From Planctopirus limnophila DSM 3776 (GTDB lineage: Bacteria; Planctomycetota; Planctomycetia; Planctomycetales; Planctomycetaceae): 32,000 nt of DNA. The stretch covers positions 3,090,001 through 3,122,000 of the forward strand of contig NC_014148.1 in NCBI RefSeq assembly GCF_000092105.1, in the 5' to 3' direction. The notes under the pieces were generated by a model. It had not been told where the DNA came from and did not search any database. It saw nothing but the letters and a program-made list of their open reading frames with translations. The position numbers and the translations under genes were made by a program. Below, in pieces: positions 25,935-32,000 of the stretch. How positions within the stretch are numbered: position 1 is the first letter of the stretch; every line of letters begins with the position of its first letter.

Positions 25935-26651
25935 ATGGGGTTTGAACGAGTTGCCAGTGTTGCGGAGCTTCCAGACGGCGGCCGGCTTTCAATTGAAGTG
26001 GATGAAACCCCTGCCTTGCTCATCCGGCTGGGCGAGTTCTTTTACGCCATTGAAGATCTTTGCACGCATGATGGTCAACCATTAACTGATGGGCCGCTGG
26101 TGGGGCAGGAAATCAAGTGCCCACGTCATGGCGCACGGTTTGATTTAGCCACAGGCAAAGCGATGTGCATGCCCGCCACGCGAGGTGTGCGAACCTTCGC
26201 AGTCGAAATACGCCATGACGAGATTTTTGTTTCTGATGAACCAGCGACAGCACCAGCCAAAGCCACGGTGACTGAGCCCGTTACCAGCGAAAGGTTGGCT
26301 CCCGTTGCGGCTTCTGAAGAGACGGCTGCTCAGACCGCAATGGCGGAAGCTGCTGCACAGGATGAGTATCTGACAGCGCTGCGCGAAGTGATCGATCCGG
26401 AACTGATGGTCAACATCGTGGATCTGGGTCTGATTTATGGAGTGACGGCACTCGATGGTGGTCAGGTCGAAGTGGAAATGACTTTAACGAGCCCTGCCTG
26501 CCCCGCCGGGCCACAGATTGTGCATCAGGCACGCATGGCACTGGAACGACTGGAATCGGTGGAAACAGCGACCATCAAGCTGACGATGTCGCCCCCATGG
26601 ACACCTGACCGGATGACCGATGAAGCTCGTGATCATCTGGGGATTTTCTAA
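25935..26651 (+). CDS. Fusion protein: N-terminal Rieske [2Fe-2S] ferredoxin domain plus C-terminal DUF59 (SufT/MIP18-like) domain
   Basis: ATG 25935 (GAGG 7 nt upstream; GTG at 25932). Rieske motif CTHDGQPL-x-...-CPRHGARFDLATGKA (C-x-H-x16-C-x-x-H). An Ala/Thr/Glu-rich linker follows (EPATAPAKATVTEPVTSERLAPVAASEETAAQTAMAEAAAQ). The DUF59 core is LREVIDPELMVNIVDLGLIYGV...VEVEMTLTSPACPAG...IKLTMSPPWTPDRMTDEAR. Confidence 0.8.
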   Translation: MGFERVASVAELPDGGRLSIEVDETPALLIRLGEFFYAIEDLCTHDGQPLTDGPLVGQEIKCPRHGARFDLATGKAMCMPATRGVRTFAVEIRHDEIFVSDEPATAPAKATVTEPVTSERLAPVAASEETAAQTAMAEAAAQDEYLTALREVIDPELMVNIVDLGLIYGVTALDGGQVEVEMTLTSPACPAGPQIVHQARMALERLESVETATIKLTMSPPWTPDRMTDEARDHLGIF

Positions 26652-26703
26652 CAGACAGCAGACCAATAATCGGTTGTTTTCTTTGGCACAACTTGATTTC
26701 AAA

Positions 26704-26752
26704 CAGCCTGGCTCAGTCAGCTTTACGCTGACGAGCCAGGCTGCTGTTGTTT
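26704..26752 (+). terminator. Strong intrinsic terminator closing the suf operon
   Basis: CAGCCTGGCTCAGTCAGC / GCTGACGAGCCAGGCTG forms a 17-bp stem with one bulged A, loop TTTAC, followed by CTGTTGTTT. It lies 53 nt after the stop at 26651. Confidence 0.7.
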
Positions 26753-26896
26753 GCAGCTAAAGACCACCTCGAACAGGCAGCAGAATCTCTCAACTCATCC
26801 GAGGCGAAATCTCTTTGCCTTTTTGGGGGATGAACCAGATACTGATTGTTTGGCGGTATGCCGGCAACGTGATGGAAGACCCCTGCGCTCGAGGAC

Positions 26897-27988
26897 ATGA
26901 ACATGAACCCCAGTGAACACCCCGTCGGGAAAGCATCGTTAATCAACGATTGCTGCCAGAACCCTATTGAACAAACGCCTGCGGCACCTTCGCGAAGAAT
27001 CTTCGTCAAGACAGCGGCTCTGGCCTCTGCCGCCACCATGCTCGCCCACTCGAGTTCGTCTCTATTGCTCGCAGAAGACAAAGCCGCCACCACCCCGACT
27101 TCTGAAAACCTGGTCAAAACGCTCTTTCAATCGCTGACTCCTGAACAGAGGGAAGAGGTTTGTTACGACTGGGATTACAAAGACGATCGAGGGGTGCTGC
27201 GAACGCATGTTTCAAACAACTGGCAGATCTCGGATGCGAACATCGGGAGCAAGCTCTTTACAAAAGATCAGCAGGAGATGATCGAAGCGATGTTCTGGGG
27301 TTTGTATCACCCGGACTGGCATGACCGCATTCGAAAGCAGTTGAAGGATGATGCGGGTGGATATGGGAAACATCAGTCGATTGCGATTTTTGGTGATCCC
27401 GAAAAAGGGCCGTTTGAACTGGTGATGACAGGTCGGCATCTGACCATTCGCTGCGATGGAGACACCACACCTCATGCCTGCTTTGGCGGGCCGATTTTCT
27501 ATGGTCATGCAGCCGAAGCGTTCAACGAAGAACCCAGCCACAAAGGGAATGTTTTCTGGCCACAGGCACTGAAAGCCAACAGCCTGTACACAATGCTCGA
27601 TGGCAAACAGCGCGAGCAGGCTTTGGCACCTCAGGCACCGCCAGAAGCCCAGGTGAATTTTGGCAGCCAGAAAGCCCCGGTCGGCTTGCTTGTCTCGGAG
27701 ATGTCGAAAGATCAACAGGCTTTTGCGGCTGACATCCTGGCGACTTTAGTGGAGCCTTATCGGCAGATTGATCGCGAGGAAGTGATGAAGTGTCTGGCGG
27801 CACAGGGCGGGTTGGATCAGTGCCGACTGACGTTCTATCGATCGAACGATCTGGGGAATGATGGCGTGTGGGATAACTGGCGCATCGAAGGGCCGGCATT
27901 TGTGTGGCATTATCGAGGTGCACCGCATGTGCATGTCTGGGTGAACATCGCCGACACTTCCAAATATGCCATCACTACGCGGGGGTAG
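26897..27988 (+). CDS. Tat-signal protein of unknown function (DUF3500-like)
   Basis: 363 aa. Twin-arginine-like signal PSRRIFVKTAALASAATMLAHS. The body has IAIFGDPEKGPFELVMTGRHLTIRCDG and the C-terminal WRIEGPAFVWHYRGAPHVHVWVNI. This resembles my memory of the DUF3500 layout; the family name is uncertain. Confidence 0.6.
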   Translation: MNMNPSEHPVGKASLINDCCQNPIEQTPAAPSRRIFVKTAALASAATMLAHSSSSLLLAEDKAATTPTSENLVKTLFQSLTPEQREEVCYDWDYKDDRGVLRTHVSNNWQISDANIGSKLFTKDQQEMIEAMFWGLYHPDWHDRIRKQLKDDAGGYGKHQSIAIFGDPEKGPFELVMTGRHLTIRCDGDTTPHACFGGPIFYGHAAEAFNEEPSHKGNVFWPQALKANSLYTMLDGKQREQALAPQAPPEAQVNFGSQKAPVGLLVSEMSKDQQAFAADILATLVEPYRQIDREEVMKCLAAQGGLDQCRLTFYRSNDLGNDGVWDNWRIEGPAFVWHYRGAPHVHVWVNIADTSKYAITTRG

Positions 27989-28014
27989 TCTTTAGAATTG
28001 CGTAAGTTAAGCCA

Positions 28015-28058
28015 GTCAGAGACAGGGAATGAGCTTCAGAAAATTCCCTGTCTCTGAC
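28015..28058 (+). terminator. Perfect 16-bp hairpin downstream of the DUF3500-like gene (no U-tract)
   Basis: GTCAGAGACAGGGAAT (28015-28030), 12-nt loop, ATTCCCTGTCTCTGAC (28043-28058), starting 27 nt after the stop at 27988. It is followed by GGATGAC, so it is not a canonical intrinsic terminator. It may be an RNA-stabilising hairpin or a REP-like element. Confidence 0.45.
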
Positions 28059-28186
28059 GGATGACTTGCCGGTACGCGATGCCTATGATGCAAAACTTCC
28101 GCGAGACGACTGAAAGAGATTTGGTTGTCTTCAGGAAATGGACTTGTCGGAAGTTTGCTGGAGGCTCATAGTAACCAGCGAGACCT

Positions 28187-28447
28187 GTGGCCGTCAGAGT
28201 CAGTGACCTGAATGAACTGACAATGTGGAAGGACAGGGCGACGGACTTCCTCGACTGGCAATTGTTTGATCATCGATCAAGACGATTGTTGTTGATTGAT
28301 GCAAATCGTTACCTGATGGTGAATGACGAGTGGATACTCAGCATCTCTGGTCACAGATACAACCGCCACCTCTGGCACAGCCCATCCCTCAGGGATTGGG
28401 TTCGTTCTCTTCTCCGGGAGAACGGGAATTTCCTCGACTGGCATTGA
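28187..28447 (+). CDS. Hypothetical small protein (86 aa), doubtful
   Basis: GTG-start ORF rich in W/D/R (…FLDWQLFDHRSRRLLLIDANRYLMVNDEW…). Its TGA (28445-28447) overlaps an in-frame TTG (28444) of the downstream TIM-barrel gene. No SD, several rare codons (AGA, AGG, ATA), and an AT-rich palindromic stretch inside that could instead be a promoter. Confidence 0.25.
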   Translation: MAVRVSDLNELTMWKDRATDFLDWQLFDHRSRRLLLIDANRYLMVNDEWILSISGHRYNRHLWHSPSLRDWVRSLLRENGNFLDWH

Positions 28448-29280
28448 GTCAGTTAACGCTGATGCGCATGCCTTTCGAGGAAGCGGTGTTGAACTTTCGT
28501 TCCGAGGGCTTCAGGTCGATCGGGCTGTGGCGTCCCAGGCTGGCTGATTTTGGTGAAGATCGAGCGGCCATCCTGTTACAGGATGCAGGGATGTCCGTCT
28601 CTTCACTGAGCTTTGCCGGTGGTTTTACGGGCTCGCATGGCTATCGGTATACCGAAGCAATCCACGATGGATTCGATGCGCTAAAGCAGGCCGCGATCGT
28701 TGGTGCCGAAACCGTCGTTCTGGTGGCCGGTGGTCTCAATGGACATATCACGAAGCATGCGCGGCGAAATGTGGTGGATGGCATTCGCACTCTTTCGGAA
28801 CGCGCCGAGCAACTGGGAGTGCAACTGGCTTTGCGGCCCATGCGCAAAACGTTCCACCATACCTGGTCGTTTCTCAACACCTGCGATGAGACGATCGGCA
28901 TCCTCGATCAGATTCAGTGTCCGAATGTGGGACTGGCGATTGATCTATATCATTGCGGCCTCGAAGCTGACTGGAAGAAATCGCTCCGAACGATCGCGCC
29001 GCATACCTCGCTGGTCTTTGTGAATGATCTTCCTTGTCCAAATTCGACTGAATACGAGATGTGTCTGCCGGGTGATGGCATTCTCCCCGTTCGGGCTATT
29101 CTGGAAGAATTTGTGATCGGTGGTTTTGAAGGCAAGTTTGAAGTTCACGTCTGGTCAGAGAAACTTTGGGAACTTCCGTCCCGCCGTTTGTTTGCGAACG
29201 TGAGGGAATCGCTGGGTCGAGTCTGGCCGGCCGCCTGGGGACATTGGGCGCGTCAATTCCGTAATGATTCTCCCGCGTGA
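28330..29280 (+). CDS. Sugar phosphate isomerase/epimerase (xylose isomerase-like TIM barrel)
   Basis: ORF 28330..29280. The conserved fold begins around LALSQLTLMRMPFEEAVLNFRSEGFRSIGLW. It continues with GAETVVLVAGG, LGVQLALRPM, NVGLAIDLYHC and FEVHVWSE. The first 38 aa (Pro/Gln-rich) look non-native, so the true start may be TTG 28444 (278 aa). Confidence 0.8.
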   Translation: MDTQHLWSQIQPPPLAQPIPQGLGSFSSPGEREFPRLALSQLTLMRMPFEEAVLNFRSEGFRSIGLWRPRLADFGEDRAAILLQDAGMSVSSLSFAGGFTGSHGYRYTEAIHDGFDALKQAAIVGAETVVLVAGGLNGHITKHARRNVVDGIRTLSERAEQLGVQLALRPMRKTFHHTWSFLNTCDETIGILDQIQCPNVGLAIDLYHCGLEADWKKSLRTIAPHTSLVFVNDLPCPNSTEYEMCLPGDGILPVRAILEEFVIGGFEGKFEVHVWSEKLWELPSRRLFANVRESLGRVWPAAWGHWARQFRNDSPA

Positions 29281-29470
29281 ACTCAGTCGACTTTAATCAC
29301 AGTTGCCGCCTGATTCACTCAGGGCCTCTCATCACACAATTGGATCTGTAGAGGTTGGAGCGATTCATCCGGCTGTGACTCTCAAGAACAACAGATGTTA
29401 AGTTCACTTCTTTTGACCGAGTTGCCGACCTTTTCGTCAGCGATGATGCGGCTTTTGTGAACTGCAACGG

Positions 29471-29535
29471 CAGAGAACCTGCCCCAGGGAGACAGAACTG
29501 GCGCAAATCGCGAAAAAAAACTCAGGTTCTGTCTC
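29471..29535. repeat. Inverted repeat with alternative 5' partners around an A8 tract
   Basis: GAGACAGAAC (29489-29498) pairs with GTTCTGTCTC (29526-29535) across a 27-nt loop containing AAAAAAAA. AGAACCTG (29474-29481) can alternatively pair with CAGGTTCT (29524-29531). Confidence 0.5.
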
Positions 29536-29589
29536 GTGAAGATTGTTTAAGCCCGCCACTCTTGGTGAAATCCATTTTTGGTGTTTTTT

Positions 29590-29604
29590 CAGACAATTTG
29601 TCTG
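29590..29604. promoter_or_regulatory. 15-nt perfect palindrome upstream of the HTH-EIIA gene (candidate operator)
   Basis: CAGACAA T TTGTCTG sits in a T-rich stretch about 87 nt upstream of ATG 29691. Confidence 0.35.
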
Positions 29605-29690
29605 GTTTATTTGCATGTTATTAGCAGACGATCTGCAGAGCCGGCTGCTACGGATTCCATCTGCTGAAACCTCCTGACCTGGCCAGAGGA

Positions 29691-30398
29691 ATGTCGCGCG
29701 ACTGGTACAGCCTCGATGAACTGGCTCGACATCTGGGCCGAGACCGCCGCGAGATTGAAAAACTCGTGAATCGCGGGCGAATTCCGGGTCGTAAAGTGGC
29801 TGGAGATTGGCAGTTCCACCCGACGGAAATCACGCATTGGCTCGAACAGGAGATGCGGGAATACACCGACCGGGAACTGGCCATTATCGAGCAGAGCCAT
29901 CGGACGGTTGAACATGCCACCGCTTCACCCATTGCGGTCCTATTGAGCCGTGAGACAATTCAGGTTCCATTGGAAGCACGCACTAAGCGATCTGTGCTGG
30001 AATCTATGCTGGAAGTTGCCGGAAGGACGTGGCAAATCTGGCAACCCGCTGCACTACTCGCGGCAATTCAAGAGCGGGAATCGGTGCTATCGACGGCTTT
30101 CGATATGGGTGTGGCGATTCCTCATCCGCGAAATCCCGTCCCGGATGCCTTGGGGCAATCTTTGATCGCCATGGGGCGTACTCCCTCGGGAATTCCGTTT
30201 GGAGCACCGAATCGCGGCCTGACAGATATCTTCTTTCTGGTACTGTGCCGGGATTCTCGCACGCATCTGCATGTTCTCGCTCGCCTGGGTCGTTTATTGC
30301 AAAAGCCTGGGTTTGTCGATGAATTGCGACTCGCTCCGGATAGTGACACCAGTTACGACCTGATTTGCCGAGCCGATGCAGAACTGACGGCTGGATAG
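29691..30398 (+). CDS. Fusion of an excisionase/MerR-type HTH domain with a PTS EIIA(Ntr)-type (PtsN-like) domain
   Basis: N-terminus WYSLDELARHLGRDRREIEKLVNRGRIPGRKVAGDWQFHPTEITHWL (helix-turn-helix, excisionase-type). C-terminal half has the EIIA type-2 pattern: LLAAIQERESVLSTAFDMGVAIPHPR (phosphorylatable His motif) and DIFFLVLCRDSRTHLHVLARLGRLL. Confidence 0.8.
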   Translation: MSRDWYSLDELARHLGRDRREIEKLVNRGRIPGRKVAGDWQFHPTEITHWLEQEMREYTDRELAIIEQSHRTVEHATASPIAVLLSRETIQVPLEARTKRSVLESMLEVAGRTWQIWQPAALLAAIQERESVLSTAFDMGVAIPHPRNPVPDALGQSLIAMGRTPSGIPFGAPNRGLTDIFFLVLCRDSRTHLHVLARLGRLLQKPGFVDELRLAPDSDTSYDLICRADAELTAG

Positions 30399-30530
30399 AT
30401 CTCGTTTCTGCCAAAGAATGATTTCGTCTCTCGGGATGGAATTTCCCAGCCTGATCTGGCAGCTTACATGGCCAAGATGCCTGCTGATTGATTCAAAAAC
30501 CGGACTCCTTGACCCACGGAATACCGCTGC

Positions 30531-31316
30531 ATGTCGCGCGATATTTTGACCTCGACTCACGATGAACTGGATGTGATTGCCGTCGGTGCTCATCCGGATG
30601 ATGTGGAGATTGGCTGCGGTGGAAGTCTCGCGGCTTTCGTACAACTCGGCTATCGAGTGGGCATTGTCGATTTGACAGATGGTGAGCCGACACCATTAAG
30701 CTCCGGCCGTGAAAGCCGATTGGAAGAATCCCGCCTTGCTGCCGAGGCACTGGGGATTCACATGCGCCACAATCTCCTGATCACGAACCGAACGTTGTTT
30801 GACGGTTTCGGGCAGCGAGTGGCTTTGGCAAGAATCTTTCGTAAGTATCGTCCGCGAATTGTCCTGGGGATTGCAGGCAAAACACCTATGGCCTCGCCCG
30901 ATCACTGGCAGGCAGCTCAGATTACCGATGCCGCTGTTTTTTACAGCCGACTTTCCAAGTGGGATGACGAGTTTGGCGACTTACCAGTCCACACGGTTTC
31001 AAAACAATTCTGGTATTCGCTGAGCCTGAGTTCGCTGGATTCTCTCAGTGGGCCGAACTCCTTTGTGATGGATATCTCGGCCACTTTATCCCAGAAGATC
31101 GCCTCGGTACGGGCCTACGAGTCACAGTTTCCGCCCACGAAAGATCGCGTCTTCCGTCTGATCGAAGGAACTTCGCGATGTGCCGGGGCCAGTTGCGGAT
31201 TTGAAGCGGGTGAAGTTCTTTTCTCAGTGACAACCCTGGGTGTCAGCGACCCGCTGGAGGCCTTTTTGCCATCACGCCAGAAATCGGCACCCGGCACGAG
31301 CGAAAAAAGTCAGTGA
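30531..31316 (+). CDS. PIG-L/LmbE family N-acetylglucosaminyl deacetylase (BshB-like)
   Basis: LDVIAVGAHPDDVEIGCGGSLA (AHPDD.E..GG motif), GIVDLTDGE, RLEESRLAAEALG, then a downstream HxDH-like region PDHWQAAQ. Length 261 aa. Confidence 0.85.
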   Translation: MSRDILTSTHDELDVIAVGAHPDDVEIGCGGSLAAFVQLGYRVGIVDLTDGEPTPLSSGRESRLEESRLAAEALGIHMRHNLLITNRTLFDGFGQRVALARIFRKYRPRIVLGIAGKTPMASPDHWQAAQITDAAVFYSRLSKWDDEFGDLPVHTVSKQFWYSLSLSSLDSLSGPNSFVMDISATLSQKIASVRAYESQFPPTKDRVFRLIEGTSRCAGASCGFEAGEVLFSVTTLGVSDPLEAFLPSRQKSAPGTSEKSQ

Positions 31317-31535
31317 GTCAAACGATCGCGCAGTGATTCAAATTTCCGACATGATGTTCACGATTGGATTCTGTCTCCAGAAAATTCACAGGTTTTGCTG
31401 CTCAACTGCTGGAGAATTCGGGTTTTCGGTAAAAAAGTTACGCGAAGGCTTTGATGTTTTCACAATTGTCCCTGAAGAGCCATGAAATACTGTTGTGAGT
31501 GAGGCTGTTCAGCTAGGATGAAATGAGCTGTCGAG

Positions 31536-31599
31536 TTGACGAACACAGATGTTGACAGACGCAGAAATTGACATACGCCGAAATTGACAGAGTGCCATA
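31536..31599 (+). repeat. 4 x 16-nt phased direct repeat with TTGAC(A/G) core
   Basis: Units TTGACGAACACAGATG / TTGACAGACGCAGAAA / TTGACATACGCCGAAA / TTGACAGAGTGCCATA start at 31536, 31552, 31568 and 31584, an exact 16-nt period. The central units match at 14 of 16 positions. The array ends about 110 nt upstream of the PP2C ATG. Confidence 0.7.
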
Positions 31600-31710
31600 A
31601 ATCCGGCAATGCAAAGAGCCTGTGGAATCCCTCGATCTGACGGGTTTCTCAGAGGGAGCAAGGATCTTTTTGCCTGCCTGATTCAATGAATTCCAGTGAG
31701 TGTCGAGATC

Positions 31711-32000
31711 ATGAAGTTTCGAGTCGGTTCCACAAGTATTAAGGGCAACTTTCGTGATAACAACGAAGACGCGCTCTTTGTGGATGCTCAGAATCGATTC
31801 TTTCTTGTCGCTGATGGCATGGGTGGGCAATCGGCTGGTGAGCGTGCCAGTGCTCTGGCGATGGAAGTGATCCCCAAAAAAATAGCCAGCCAGATTCAAT
31901 TTTCGAGCTCGACAAACGAGCATGTGGTCAAGGTGATCGACGACGCCATTGCGCTGGCTAACAGCGAAATCATGGCTCTTGGCGAACTCGATTCCAAACT
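31711..32000 (+). CDS. PP2C-family Ser/Thr protein phosphatase, N-terminal part (continues past the right edge)
   Basis: Absent from the ORF track (no stop in the window). Manual translation from ATG 31711 gives MKFRVGSTSIKGNFRDNNEDALFVDAQNRFFLVADGMGGQSAGERASALAMEVIPKKI... This carries the canonical PP2C motifs (R..NED, VADGMGG..AGE.AS). Confidence 0.8.
   Translation, partial: MKFRVGSTSIKGNFRDNNEDALFVDAQNRFFLVADGMGGQSAGERASALAMEVIPKKIASQIQFSSSTNEHVVKVIDDAIALANSEIMALGELDSK

Noticed and set aside
26713-27117. 134-aa minus-strand ORF spanning the suf terminator region and the start of the DUF3500-like gene.
   Set aside because: It overlaps the Tat-signal N-terminus of a better-supported plus-strand gene and the terminator hairpin. 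It has no motifs and no ribosome-binding site.
29601-29616. Sigma54-type promoter (TGG...TTGCA) upstream of the EIIA(Ntr)-domain gene. This was attractive because PtsN is usually linked to rpoN.
   Set aside because: The GG-to-GC spacing in CTGGTTTATTTGCAT is about 9 nt rather than the required 12, so it does not fit the -24/-12 geometry.
29691-30541. Identical 11-nt starts ATGTCGCGCGA (MSRD) for the HTH-EIIA gene (29691) and the PIG-L gene (30531).
   Set aside because: Upstream and downstream sequences diverge immediately, so there is no extended repeat. This is most likely coincidence in GC-rich coding sequence.
31513-31923. 136-aa minus-strand ORF over the TTGACA repeat array and the PP2C start.
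   Set aside because: It is antisense to the clear PP2C N-terminus (DGMGG motif), and its 3' part simply reads through the tandem repeat.
1-32000. Mobile elements, prophage, defence systems, toxin-antitoxin pairs, tRNA/rRNA genes and a DnaA-box cluster.
   Set aside because: I recognised no transposase, integrase, recombinase, phage structural, Cas, restriction-modification or TA-like product in any frame. I saw no tRNA-like T-arm/acceptor combination and no TTATCCACA clusters. The window's flanks show no obvious composition break by eye.

Overview
This is 32 kb of what looks like ordinary chromosomal DNA from a Planctomycetota-like bacterium. That assignment is an inference from gene content: five S1 sulfatases, a PQQ-like beta-propeller, YHYH, DUF1080 and DUF3500-like proteins, and a Tat-exported oxidase. 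There are three blocks. (i) 1-17 kb is a sulfatase-rich accessory region. It holds a tight plus-strand operon (sulfatase, large sulfatase, DUF502-like membrane protein, paralogous large sulfatase; 700-7751). On the minus strand are a PQQ propeller, a YHYH protein, a sulfatase, a Tat-signal flavin amine oxidase and another sulfatase. (ii) 19.6-26.7 kb is an Fe-S biogenesis locus. A divergent DUF971 gene is followed by a sufR-like regulator, a stand-alone nuoB homolog overlapping sufR by ATGA, sufC, sufB, sufD and a Rieske-DUF59(SufT) fusion. A strong terminator closes it, and no cysteine desulfurase is in the window. (iii) 26.9-32 kb holds a Tat-signal DUF3500-like protein, a xylose-isomerase-like TIM barrel, an HTH-EIIA(Ntr) fusion, a PIG-L deacetylase and the start of a PP2C phosphatase. 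I recognised no rRNA, tRNA, CRISPR array, transposase or integrase. The most unusual observations are nuoB wired into the suf operon and the Rieske-SufT fusion. Also unusual are two ~830 bp gene-less stretches, each with a strong plus-strand intrinsic terminator and no gene to terminate. Two short 16-nt-period tandem arrays also stand out: 3 units upstream of sufB and 4 TTGACA-cored units upstream of the PP2C gene. I did not find a convincing complete novel multi-gene system such as a defence island, and claims are graded accordingly. All family names come from motif recognition by eye and memory, not from searches.
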